Shown: positions 50,630 through 59,843 of the stretch, one piece after another
Layout: the number at the start of each line of letters is the position of its first letter
Numbering within the stretch: position 1 is the first letter of the stretch
DNA from: Chakrabartia sp.
Lineage (GTDB): Bacteria > Pseudomonadota > Alphaproteobacteria > Sphingomonadales > Sphingomonadaceae
DNA: 64,000 nucleotides
Assembly (NCBI GenBank): GCA_040398625.1
Contig: JBBATS010000001.1
Coordinates: forward strand, 47,212-111,211
Direction: 5' to 3'
Program-made: the position numbers and the translations under genes
The notes under the pieces: generated by a model
Database searches by the model: none
Seen by the model: the letters and a program-made list of their open reading frames with translations, nothing else
Told to the model about the DNA's origin: nothing

Positions 50630-51357
50630 TGACACGTCGCGCCGATCGCCTCCTTGCCCTGCTCGAATTGCTGAGAGGCAGCCAAGTTAGCACTGCTTCG
50701 AGCCTCGCCGCGACGCTCGAAGTGTCTATCCGCACCGTTTACCGCGACATTGATGCTCTTGTCGCAACAGGCGTACCGCTTCGCGGCGAAGCGGGGGTTG
50801 GTTACACGCTGGAAGCCGGTTATCATCTACCGCCGCTCAATCTTACGACCGAAGAAGCCGAGGCATTGGCGCTCGGCGCGCGAATGCTCGCCAACTGGAG
50901 CGACGGGGCCGTGGCCGGGCAAGCAGCTGCGGCGCTGGCGAAGATAAGGGCCGTCCTGCCCTCGTCGGGCCAAGCTGGGGTCGACCAGAACATATTCTGG
51001 GCACCGCCCTGGGTGGAACGCCATGTACCCAAGGTCGACCTGCTCGAACTGAAGCGCGCCGCACAACGCCGGCAGGTGCTTTTGATCGAGTATGAAGCGC
51101 TGAACGGCGCACGCACCACCCGCACGGTTCGCCCGCTTTCGGTCAACTTTTTCGGCCCGGTTTGGCTGCTGGCGGCTTGGTGCGAGCTTGCCGACGACTT
51201 TAGGTGTTTCCGGCTTGATCGGATTGCTTCCATGTTGCCGACTGGCACAACGTTTCGTGACGAAGATGGGAAGCGACTTGCTGATTTCAGGCGGATCAAG
51301 ACCGAGGAAGTGAGCCGGGCTGCGTTTGATAACGGCGTCAGGACCGAAGGATTTTGA
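50629..51357 (+). CDS. YafY-family HTH-WYL transcriptional regulator
   Basis: RADRLLALL, EVSIRTVYRDI, GEAGVGY, LPPLNLT, RTVRPL, WLLAAWCELADDFRCFRLDRI. Confidence 0.93.
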   Translation: MTRRADRLLALLELLRGSQVSTASSLAATLEVSIRTVYRDIDALVATGVPLRGEAGVGYTLEAGYHLPPLNLTTEEAEALALGARMLANWSDGAVAGQAAAALAKIRAVLPSSGQAGVDQNIFWAPPWVERHVPKVDLLELKRAAQRRQVLLIEYEALNGARTTRTVRPLSVNFFGPVWLLAAWCELADDFRCFRLDRIASMLPTGTTFRDEDGKRLADFRRIKTEEVSRAAFDNGVRTEGF

Positions 51358-51410
51358 CACGGTTTGAAGGGCGGCGTGTTGCGCCTTTTCCTGAACTCGG
51401 ACATGGCAGC

Positions 51411-51435
51411 AAACTTCCCACCACTCCGTTTGGCC
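51411..51435 (+). repeat. Right direct repeat of the WYL cassette
   Basis: See 49050; followed by CGAAGG, a remnant resembling the REP arm TCGAAGGG. Confidence 0.7.
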
Positions 51436-51445
51436 CGAAGGATAT

Positions 51446-51859
51446 CTACTGATCCGTCCCCTTCGCCTTCCCCCATTGCCGCGCGACGGTGTAGCCGAGA
51501 TAGCCGGTGCCGAAGAGCGTCCACATAGGTTCCGGGATGCCGCCGAGATAGGCGTTCATGCCAGCCGCGATGTTCTTCGCCATCTCGGGTTGCGTGGCGG
51601 CGATGAGGCCCATGGGGATGGCCCAGAGGATGATCGCGTACATCACATAAAGGAAACTCGGCCGCGCGCGGCTGGTCCATGGGTCGGTGGAGCCGGCCTC
51701 CGCGATGATCGCCGACATCTGGACGCGGACGGCCTCCAGCTCCTGCGATCCTTGCAGTTTCAGCAGTTCCAACTTCGCCGCGTCGCGGGCGCGGGGGTCT
51801 GGAATGATCTTGTCGATCAGCTTGGAAAGGGGCGCAATCAGCCCGTCGAGAAGGGACAT
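51446..51859 (-). CDS. Holin, GTA-type 3TM family
   Basis: LIDKIIPDP, IIAEAGSTDPWTSRARPSFLYVMY, LFGTGYLGYTVAR. Confidence 0.82.
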   Translation of the reverse strand: MSLLDGLIAPLSKLIDKIIPDPRARDAAKLELLKLQGSQELEAVRVQMSAIIAEAGSTDPWTSRARPSFLYVMYAIILWAIPMGLIAATQPEMAKNIAAGMNAYLGGIPEPMWTLFGTGYLGYTVARQWGKAKGTDQ

Positions 51860-51888
51860 GGCAACGACTCCGAATCTGGGGGAAGGAT

Positions 51889-51920
51889 TTGGAGATAACC
51901 AAATAGGTTCTAAAAGTCAA
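51889..51920 (-). promoter_or_regulatory. Putative sigma70 promoter of the holin with a palindrome in the spacer
   Basis: Minus strand TTGACT-N17-TATCTC; AGAACC-N5-GGTTAT at 51895-51911; the most AT-rich intergenic stretch noticed. Confidence 0.5.
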
Positions 51921-51950
51921 GTTTTATATAACCATTTCGACACAAGTCCC

Positions 51951-52023
51951 CCCGCTTGTCCCGAGCGAAGTCGAGGGACGTTGGCACGGAGCCGGTGTCT
52001 CGACTTCGCTCGACACGAACGGG
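51951..52023. repeat. REP-like palindromic element, family A
   Basis: CCCGAGCGAAGTCGAGGGAC...GTGTCTCGACTTCGCTCGAC; inverted homolog of 5009-5064 with a longer loop. Confidence 0.85.
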
Positions 52024-52033
52024 ATTGGGTAGT

Positions 52034-53782
52034 CTAACCTCTTGCCTTCTCCGTTGAAATCCAGCGGTCAATCGCCTGTTCCAACACATCAAGCGGCACC
52101 GCACCTTGCGCCAGCACAGCGTCGTGGAAGCGGCGCAGGTCAAACTTTGTGCCGAGCGCGGCGGTCGCCTTGGCGCGCAGTTCGCGCAGCTTGATCTCGC
52201 CGATCTTGTAGCCGAGCGCCTGTCCGGGCCAGGAGATGTAGCGGTTCACCTCCGCCTCGATATTGGCGGCGGAGAGCGCGCTGTTGTCGGTCATGAACTT
52301 GATGGCCTGCGCTTTAGTCCAGCCCTTGGAATGCATGCCGGTATCCACCACGAGACGGCAGGCGCGCCACATTTCATAGGACAAGCGGCCCATCATCTTT
52401 TCGGGCGTGTCATACAGGCCCATCTCTTCGCCCAGATACTCGGAATAGAGCCCCCAACCTTCGCCATAAGCGGTGAACCATGCGGCGTGCTTGCGGAAAT
52501 CGGGCATGTCGATTTCCTGCTGCAACGCGCCCTGAAAATGGTGGCCCGGCACCGCCTCATGCGCGGTTAGCGCCGGCAGCTCGTAGATAGGGCGTTGGTC
52601 CAGCTTGGAGGTGTTGACGTAGTAGAACCCCGCAATGCCAGAGGCGAGTGAGCCGGGGCTGTAATAGGCGGTCGTCGTCGTTTCCGCGGTTTCTTTGGGG
52701 ATTTCTTTCAATCCGTAGGTGAGGCGCGGCAGCTTTCCGAAATATTGCGGCAGCATGCCGTCGATGAGCTTGGCCTGCCGAGCCGCGGTCTGCATCAGCT
52801 CTTCGGGCGTTTTCGCGTAATAGGTCGGGTCGCTGCGAAGCTTGGCGATGAAGCTCTGCCGGTCGGCATAGCCCGCTTGCTTGGCCACTGTGTCCATGCG
52901 GGTGAGGATGCGCGCGACTTCACTCAATCCGATGTCATGGATTTGCGCGGGTGTTAGGTCTGTCGTTGTGTGTGACCGCGCTTGGAAGGCATAATAGTCC
53001 TTGCCACCGGGCTGGTAGGACACGCCCACTTTTGCGGCGCATTTCGGCTTATACTCCTTCACGTAAAAGTCGGAGAATTGCTGATAGGCCGGCGTCAGAA
53101 CGTCGCGGATGATGCGCAGGCCCTCCGCTTTCATTGCGGCCCAATCTGCGTCGCTGACATCATTGGGCTTGTTGCGCTTGAAGGGCTCGTAAAAACGCGT
53201 TTCCTCAGGCTTTCCGGCAATGGCGCCGGTGATCGTCGTCTCAAACCCGTTCATGGCTTCGCAGGGCTGGACAAAACCCTTGGTGATCGCCTGGCGGGTG
53301 ATGGAAATGATGTCGGCATTGATCTTTGGAAACTGCGCAAGGCGCGTCAGATAGCTGCGGTAATCCGCCTTTGTGTAAAGCGGCACATAAGACCCGAGAT
53401 CGGCAAAGCCCTGATGCGGGCTGGAATAGGTCGTGAACAGCATGAGCCGCTGGCCGAAGCGGTTGCCTTCGATCTGTTCGCTCAGGATGCGGGAAAGAAC
53501 ACCCTTATTGGCCCGGTCGGCATCGGTGAGACCGGCATCGGGGATTGCCTTTAGTCGATCGAGGAGAGCTTGCGCTTCCGCCGCAGATTTGTCTCGGGCA
53601 GCAAGGCTATAGTCGGAGAGCTTATCATCATAGTCACGCACGCCAAGCGAGGACGCGGCTGTGGGGTTTTCCTTCAAGAACCAAGCCCAATGGTCCGCGA
53701 TCATGGCCTTCAGATCGGCTGATGGGGCGGCCAGCGCCGGGCTTGAAACCGACAGCAACAGGGCCAGGGCAAATTTCCGCAT
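52034..53782 (-). CDS. DUF885 family exported protein (putative metallopeptidase)
   Basis: Signal peptide; AYY.PG, LTAHEAVPGHHFQ, AYGEGWGLYSE, WRACRLVVDTGMH, PGQALGYKIG. Confidence 0.92.
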   Translation of the reverse strand: MRKFALALLLSVSSPALAAPSADLKAMIADHWAWFLKENPTAASSLGVRDYDDKLSDYSLAARDKSAAEAQALLDRLKAIPDAGLTDADRANKGVLSRILSEQIEGNRFGQRLMLFTTYSSPHQGFADLGSYVPLYTKADYRSYLTRLAQFPKINADIISITRQAITKGFVQPCEAMNGFETTITGAIAGKPEETRFYEPFKRNKPNDVSDADWAAMKAEGLRIIRDVLTPAYQQFSDFYVKEYKPKCAAKVGVSYQPGGKDYYAFQARSHTTTDLTPAQIHDIGLSEVARILTRMDTVAKQAGYADRQSFIAKLRSDPTYYAKTPEELMQTAARQAKLIDGMLPQYFGKLPRLTYGLKEIPKETAETTTTAYYSPGSLASGIAGFYYVNTSKLDQRPIYELPALTAHEAVPGHHFQGALQQEIDMPDFRKHAAWFTAYGEGWGLYSEYLGEEMGLYDTPEKMMGRLSYEMWRACRLVVDTGMHSKGWTKAQAIKFMTDNSALSAANIEAEVNRYISWPGQALGYKIGEIKLRELRAKATAALGTKFDLRRFHDAVLAQGAVPLDVLEQAIDRWISTEKARG

Positions 53783-53895
53783 GATGTTCTCCTCTGCTGC
53801 CAACTTCGTCCAAAGCGCACGCGCTTGCAATGCCTCGCCTGTCACCTCTACACCGCGCGTAACGAACAAGATTGTTGCGTAAGGAGCCTCCGCAG

Positions 53896-56043
53896 ATGCG
53901 GCGTATATCGATGATGATCATATCTTTAGCGGCGACCGCCGCCACCGCGGGCACCATCCCCGGCCAGCCCAAGCCCGATTATCCGCACACCCGCAGCGAC
54001 GGCATTGTCGAAACCCAGTTCGGGGAGAAGGTGGCAGACCCCTATCGCTGGCTTGAGAATGACGTGCGCAACGACGCCGAAGTGCGCAACTGGGTGGATC
54101 AGCAGAACAAGCTTACGGAATCCTATCTGGAGACGCTGCCAGGTCGGGACATCTTTGCCTCCCGCCTGAAGCAGCTCTTCAATTTTCAGCGCATGGGCAC
54201 ACCGCGCAAAGCAGGTGAGAATTATTTCTTCACCCGGAATGATGGATTGCAGAACCAGTCGGTCCTGATGGTGCAGCAGGGGGTGAGCGGCACGCCAAAA
54301 CTGCTGATTGATCCCAATGCTTGGGCCAAGGACGGGGCGACGGCGCTGGCCGAATGGCAGCCATCTCCCAACGGACGCTATCTGGCCTATGCCGTGCAGG
54401 ATGGCGGAACCGACTGGCGCACCTTGCGCGTCATTGATGCGGAGACGGACGCTGCGCTTGAAGATGACATCAAATGGGTCAAATTCTCCAATATTGCCTG
54501 GACGAAGGACAATAAGGGTTTCTTCTATTCGCGCTTTGCCGAGCCTAAGAAGGGCGCTGCCTTCCAGTCGCTGAACACCAATCAGCAGGTCTGGTATCAC
54601 AAGATCGGGACGAAGCAGGCCGAAGATCGGCTTGTCTACCAAACGCCAGATCGACCACTGCTGGGCCATTCGGCGGAAGTCACGGATGACGGGCGGTATA
54701 TTCTCATCACCTCATCGGGCGGCACGGATGAGCGCTATGAACTGACTGTGGGCTCGCTCGACGCTAAGCAAGGCCTGAGCAAGGCTGTGAAGTTCAAGAC
54801 GCTTGTCGGCGGGCTGGACTATGAATGGCAATTGGCGGGCTCGGTTGGGTCTACCTTCTATTTTCGCACCAACCGCGCCGCGCCGCGTGGGCAGATTGTG
54901 ACGCTGAACGTTGAGAAGCCGCGTCTTGCGCCAACGACCGTCATTGCTCAGACCGGGGATGCAATGGTCGGCGCCTCGCTCGTCGGCAACCGGCTGATCG
55001 TCGCCTATTTAGGGGATGCCCGGTCGGAAGCTGAATTGCGCGAATTGGACGGGCGTCTGGTGTCGACCATCCCGCTGCCCTCCATCGGGACGGCCGCTGG
55101 CTTTGGCGGGGCGGGCGGTGATCCCGAAACCTTCTACACCTTCTCCGGCTTTGCGGTCCCGCCTTCGGTCTATCGCTACAATACCGCCACCGGGAAGGCG
55201 GAGCTGTTCTTCCAGCCCAAGGTTGCGTTCGACCCTGCCGATTATGTGACCGATCAGGTCTTCTACACGTCAAAGGACGGCACCCGCATCCCGATGTACA
55301 TCGTGAAGCGCAAGGATACGCCCGCGGGGGCGCCCACGATCCTTTACGGTTATGGCGGGTTCAACATCTCGCAGACGCCCACTTTCGCGCCGACGCGTCT
55401 GGCCTGGCTGGAACAGGGTGGGGTGCTGGCCGTCGCCAATCTGCGCGGCGGTGGTGAATATGGGAAGGAATGGCACGATGCCGGCCGCCTCGCCCGTAAG
55501 CAGAATGTGTTCGATGATTTTATCGCGGCAGGCGACTATCTCATCGCCAATAACATCTCAGCCAAGGGCAAACTGGCCATTGAGGGTCGCTCAAACGGGG
55601 GGCTGCTTGTCGGCGCGGTCGTCAACCAGCGCCCCGATCTGTTTGCAGCCGCCATCCCCGCTGTGGGCGTGATGGACATGCTGCGCTTCAACCGCTTCAC
55701 CGCCGGCCGCTATTGGGTCGATGATTATGGCGATCCGGCCAAGGAAGCGGATTTCAAAGTCCTCCGCGCTTATTCGCCCTATCACAACATCACGCCGGGT
55801 AAGGATTATCCCGCCATCCTCGTAACGACAGCAGACACCGATGACCGCGTCGTGCCGGGCCATAGCTTTAAGTACACAGCTCAGCTGCAGGCGTCAGACA
55901 TTGGTCCGAAGCCGCACCTCATCCGTATTGAAACGCGGGCAGGGCATGGCTCCGGCAAGCCGACCGACAAGATCATTTCAGAAACGGCCGACCTTTGGTC
56001 GTTCGTTGCGAAATGGACAGGGTTGGAGGTGCGCCCGCGCTAA
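53896..56043 (+). CDS. Prolyl oligopeptidase (S9A), exported
   Basis: DPYRWLE, YGYGGF, GRSNGG (Ser), TADTDDRV (Asp), AGHG (His). Confidence 0.95.
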   Translation: MRRISMMIISLAATAATAGTIPGQPKPDYPHTRSDGIVETQFGEKVADPYRWLENDVRNDAEVRNWVDQQNKLTESYLETLPGRDIFASRLKQLFNFQRMGTPRKAGENYFFTRNDGLQNQSVLMVQQGVSGTPKLLIDPNAWAKDGATALAEWQPSPNGRYLAYAVQDGGTDWRTLRVIDAETDAALEDDIKWVKFSNIAWTKDNKGFFYSRFAEPKKGAAFQSLNTNQQVWYHKIGTKQAEDRLVYQTPDRPLLGHSAEVTDDGRYILITSSGGTDERYELTVGSLDAKQGLSKAVKFKTLVGGLDYEWQLAGSVGSTFYFRTNRAAPRGQIVTLNVEKPRLAPTTVIAQTGDAMVGASLVGNRLIVAYLGDARSEAELRELDGRLVSTIPLPSIGTAAGFGGAGGDPETFYTFSGFAVPPSVYRYNTATGKAELFFQPKVAFDPADYVTDQVFYTSKDGTRIPMYIVKRKDTPAGAPTILYGYGGFNISQTPTFAPTRLAWLEQGGVLAVANLRGGGEYGKEWHDAGRLARKQNVFDDFIAAGDYLIANNISAKGKLAIEGRSNGGLLVGAVVNQRPDLFAAAIPAVGVMDMLRFNRFTAGRYWVDDYGDPAKEADFKVLRAYSPYHNITPGKDYPAILVTTADTDDRVVPGHSFKYTAQLQASDIGPKPHLIRIETRAGHGSGKPTDKIISETADLWSFVAKWTGLEVRPR

Positions 56044-56169
56044 GCGCTTCGTGGCCGGAGCAAATTCCTGAACCTGCGACTACAAACCGGTTCAGCAAGT
56101 TGTCATCGCGCGATTCGCATATTCGTCTCTGCCGACGCTTGATTGTCGGCCAAGTGATGGAGACGATGT

Positions 56170-56754
56170 ATGAAGATGCTCTCAAAGGCCGCGCTGATGG
56201 CGACGTCGGGCGCGATGTTGGTCACGGCCCTGCCGGCCGATGCCCGGTCCTATCGCCGCCACCATGACGGCATCAGCGCAGGCGATGTAATTGCCGGCGC
56301 GCTCATCATTGGTGGGATTGCCGCTGTCGCTTCTGCGGCGTCCTCGTCATCGCGTGATCGTTATGATGATCGCTACCGGGATCGTGGCCGGGGTTGGGGT
56401 GATGATCGGGATGACGACCGGAATGGCTATGACAACAACGGCTATTCCAGCCGGAGTGCGGTTGAACAGTGCGTTCAGGCCGCCCGCAGCGAAGCCAACC
56501 GTTATGGTGGCTGGGCACGGGTGACGGACGTGACGCGGATCGACCGTGTCCGAGGCGGCTATGAAGTTCGCGGTCGTCTGGTCGTCGAGGATCGCGGCTA
56601 TCGCAACCGCAACTGGAGCAATGGCTGGGACCGCAATGATCGCTGGGGCAACCGCTATGACCGTTACAATGATGGTTATGACAAGGGGCGCTTTAGCTGC
56701 GTGACGCGCTTTGGACGCGTGGCGGATGTCGACCTCTCGGGCTTGCGCGGCTGA
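56170..56754 (+). CDS. Secreted hypothetical protein with R/D/Y/G-rich low-complexity tracts
   Basis: Signal peptide, IAGALIIGGIAAVASA hydrophobic segment, AVEQCV...FSCV cysteine pair. Confidence 0.75.
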   Translation: MKMLSKAALMATSGAMLVTALPADARSYRRHHDGISAGDVIAGALIIGGIAAVASAASSSSRDRYDDRYRDRGRGWGDDRDDDRNGYDNNGYSSRSAVEQCVQAARSEANRYGGWARVTDVTRIDRVRGGYEVRGRLVVEDRGYRNRNWSNGWDRNDRWGNRYDRYNDGYDKGRFSCVTRFGRVADVDLSGLRG

Positions 56755-56759
56755 TTTGT

Positions 56760-56790
56760 GAAGGACCGGTCTGAAAGGGCCGGTCCTTTC
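56760..56790 (+). terminator. Rho-independent terminator-like hairpin
   Basis: AAGGACCGGTC-TGAAAG-GGCCGGTCCTT followed by TCCGCTTTT. Confidence 0.65.
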
Positions 56791-56845
56791 CGCTTTTGGG
56801 CCTGACAAACTGGACAGCGGGCGGCGCGCTCTTTATCGGCCCGTC

Positions 56846-58417
56846 ATGACCGTCCAGCCCTCCGATTCCATCCTCATTGTCGATTTTGGCAGCCAGGTGA
56901 CCCAGCTGATCGCACGCCGCGTGCGCGAAGCGGGCGTTTACAGCGAAATCGCGCCGTTCACTTCCGCTGAAGCAGCCTTTCACCGGATGCAGCCCAAGGG
57001 CATCATCCTGTCGGGTTCACCTGCCAGTGTGCCGGAGGACGGCAGCCCGCGTGCGCCGCAGGTGCTGTTTGACAGTGGCGTTCCCATCCTCGGCATTTGC
57101 TACGGTCAGCAGGTCATGTCGCACCAGCTGGGTGGCGAAGTACGGCCCGGGCATGAAACGGGGGACGGCGGCGAATTTGGCCGCGCGTTCCTGACCGTGA
57201 CGGAAAACTGCCCCCTGTTCGACGGCCTTTGGGAGGTGGGAGAACGGCATCAGGTATGGATGAGCCATGGCGACAAGGTGACGCGCTTTGCCCCCGGCTT
57301 CAACATCGTCGCCATCAGCGACGGCGCGCCCTTCGCCGTGATCGCGGACGAAGAACGCAAATATTACGGCACCCAGTTCCACCCAGAAGTCGTCCACACG
57401 CCAGACGGTGTAAAGCTGATCGCCAATTTCGCGCACAAAGTCTGCGGCCTGTCCGGCGATTGGACGATGGCTGAATTCCGCGCGACCAAGATTGCAGAAA
57501 TCCGCAAGCAGGTTGGCAGCGGACGCGTGATCTGTGGCCTGTCTGGCGGCGTGGATTCCTCCGTGGCCGCTATCCTGATCCACGAAGCCATTGGCGATCA
57601 GCTTACCTGCGTGTTTGTCGACCATGGCCTGCTCCGCAAGGATGAGCGCGGGCAGGTGGAGACCATGTTCCGCGATCATTACAACATCCCGCTCGTCGTC
57701 GTGGACGCAGAAGATCGCTTCATGGCGGGACTTGCCGGACTTACGGACCCCGAAAAGAAGCGCAAATTTATTGGTGCCGAATTCATCAATGTGTTTGAGG
57801 AAGAGGCCAAAAAGATCGGCGGCGCCGATTTCCTCGCGCAGGGCACGCTCTATCCGGACGTCATTGAATCAGTGTCGTTCACGGGTGGCCCGAGTGTCAC
57901 GATCAAAAGCCATCACAATGTCGGCGGCTTGCCCGCACGCATGAACATGAAGCTCGTTGAGCCGCTGCGTGAGCTCTTCAAGGATGAAGTCCGCGTGCTG
58001 GGTCGGGAATTGGGCCTGCCCGATATCTTCGTTGGGCGTCATCCGTTCCCCGGACCCGGTCTTGCCATCCGCATCCCCGGCGAAGTGACCAAGGAACGCT
58101 GCGATATTTTGCGCAAAGCGGACGCCATCTACCTTGAGGAAATCCGCAATGCGGGCCTCTACGACGCGATTTGGCAGGCTTTTGCGGTGCTTCTGCCCGT
58201 CCGGACGGTCGGCGTCATGGGTGATCATCGCACCTACGACAATGTCTGCGCTTTGCGTGCGGTGACCAGCACGGACGGGATGACGGCAGATATCTATCCG
58301 TTCGACAGCTACTTCCTCAGCAGCGTCGCGACGCGCATCGTCAACGAGGTGCAGGGCATCAACCGCGTGGTGTATGACTATACGTCAAAGCCGCCCGGCA
58401 CCATTGAGTGGGAATGA
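56846..58417 (+). CDS. guaA: GMP synthase (glutamine-hydrolysing)
   Basis: [64 protein letters not shown]. Confidence 0.98.
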   Translation: MTVQPSDSILIVDFGSQVTQLIARRVREAGVYSEIAPFTSAEAAFHRMQPKGIILSGSPASVPEDGSPRAPQVLFDSGVPILGICYGQQVMSHQLGGEVRPGHETGDGGEFGRAFLTVTENCPLFDGLWEVGERHQVWMSHGDKVTRFAPGFNIVAISDGAPFAVIADEERKYYGTQFHPEVVHTPDGVKLIANFAHKVCGLSGDWTMAEFRATKIAEIRKQVGSGRVICGLSGGVDSSVAAILIHEAIGDQLTCVFVDHGLLRKDERGQVETMFRDHYNIPLVVVDAEDRFMAGLAGLTDPEKKRKFIGAEFINVFEEEAKKIGGADFLAQGTLYPDVIESVSFTGGPSVTIKSHHNVGGLPARMNMKLVEPLRELFKDEVRVLGRELGLPDIFVGRHPFPGPGLAIRIPGEVTKERCDILRKADAIYLEEIRNAGLYDAIWQAFAVLLPVRTVGVMGDHRTYDNVCALRAVTSTDGMTADIYPFDSYFLSSVATRIVNEVQGINRVVYDYTSKPPGTIEWE

Positions 58418-58830
58418 CGGGAACCGTCCAGATTGCTGAGTTGGCCGACACCGAAGCGCTTGTTGGGCTTTGGCAAGAATGTGGCCTGACGCGGCCTTGG
58501 AACGATCCGCGGGCTGATATTGCGCTTGCGCTCACGACGCCGACATCGGACATCCTCATCCATCGCCGAGATACGCGGATTGTTGCATCGGCCATGGTCG
58601 GCTTCGACGGGCATCGCGGCTGGGTCTATTATCTCGCGGTCGCGCCGGGGTTTCGGGGCTCCGGGCTCGGCAAGGTCATAATGGCTGCTTGCGAGGACTG
58701 GCTGCGGGAACGCGGCAGTCCCAAAATCCAGTTCATGGTGCGGGAGGACAATGCTGCTGCGCTCGGTTTCTATGAGCGGCTGGGCTATGGGCCCCAGGCT
58801 GTCGTGACTCTGGGCCGCCGCTTGGACTGA
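58414..58830 (+). CDS. GNAT acetyltransferase (YpeA-like)
   Basis: [31 protein letters not shown]; ATGA overlap with guaA. Confidence 0.9.
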   Translation: MTGTVQIAELADTEALVGLWQECGLTRPWNDPRADIALALTTPTSDILIHRRDTRIVASAMVGFDGHRGWVYYLAVAPGFRGSGLGKVIMAACEDWLRERGSPKIQFMVREDNAAALGFYERLGYGPQAVVTLGRRLD

Positions 58831-59675
58831 AGGCCTGTGCGCTTCTCGAGTTCTTCCCGGATCAATCGACCCCAACCAATCACCGGCCAGATGAGCAGCC
58901 TCGGCAGATTGGTCGACGGAATGTCCATCTCCCGCGATCCCATGGGCGCGGTGCAGCGACCGGGATCGATATAAGTGCCAAACATCACGTCCCAGATCGG
59001 CAGGATATTGGCGAGGTTCTTCCCATAGGCGACTGGCACATCTGCATGGTGCCAGCGGTGGAAGCGCGGGGAGGCGAGGATGTGGCGGAAGGGCCCGTGG
59101 GTCCAATCGAGGTCCAGATGGACGTAGCAATTGTGCAGCGTCACCAGGAACCAAAGGCCAACGGCGGGCAGGGCAGGCACATTCATCCAGGATATGAGGA
59201 GAATGTAAGACGTCTGCATCACGACCTTTTCCAAACCATGCGCCCGAAACGTCGTGAGGCCATCGACATGCGTGTCCGAATGATGGACGGCGTGGACGGG
59301 AAACGCCCAGCGCAAATGCATGAAGCGGTGGTTCCAGTAATCGCAAAAGTCGTGGCAGGTAAGCGTGATCAGCATCACGAGCGCGACGGGCATGCCTGTC
59401 CACACAGAGGCGGGCAGGCGCGGGATGCCGAGGCTGTCATAGGCGCCTCGGACAGCGGCGAGGATCTCATTTACATATCCGGCGAACAGCAACGGGCCAA
59501 TGAACCAAAGGCCAATGGAAACAAGGGTGTTGGATACTGCGCCTTCGGGAACCGGGCCCTTTTTGCTGAACTGGACAAGTGCTGATGCCGCAAGCGCAAC
59601 CAGCACGGGCAGAACGGGCATCGCCAGCAGAGGATTTAGATCGGGCACGCTCTCTACCTGGAAGAATAAAGCCAA
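58785..59675 (-). CDS. Sterol desaturase/fatty acid hydroxylase superfamily protein
   Basis: His boxes YWNHRFMH, HAVHHSD, HNCYVH, FHRWHH; NLANILPIWDVMFGT. Start uncertain (TTG 59675, GTG ~59648 or ATG ~59621). Confidence 0.88.
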   Translation of the reverse strand: MALFFQVESVPDLNPLLAMPVLPVLVALAASALVQFSKKGPVPEGAVSNTLVSIGLWFIGPLLFAGYVNEILAAVRGAYDSLGIPRLPASVWTGMPVALVMLITLTCHDFCDYWNHRFMHLRWAFPVHAVHHSDTHVDGLTTFRAHGLEKVVMQTSYILLISWMNVPALPAVGLWFLVTLHNCYVHLDLDWTHGPFRHILASPRFHRWHHADVPVAYGKNLANILPIWDVMFGTYIDPGRCTAPMGSREMDIPSTNLPRLLIWPVIGWGRLIREELEKRTGLQSKRRPRVTTAWGP

Positions 59676-59843
59676 TATGGTTTCTTTAGCGCGCTTCTTC
59701 TTAACGTCTGGTATCGCAGGGCAGGTGTCCCCGCGCAGATCGGGCGCGAGAGGGGGACTGGGCCGAATCTGGATGTAAATGTGGCGACCACCAGCTAGGG
59801 TCTGCGGATCAGTTTACTCATGAAACCCATGTGAAGGGGCGAT

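Noticed and set aside
51446-51859. Holin as evidence of a prophage
   Set aside because: No other phage gene within the window; the flanks are ordinary chromosomal genes.
59676-59813. Open frame continuing 46 codons upstream of the hydroxylase start
   Set aside because: No ATG/GTG/TTG start in it, and the peptide has no family-like features; likely chance.
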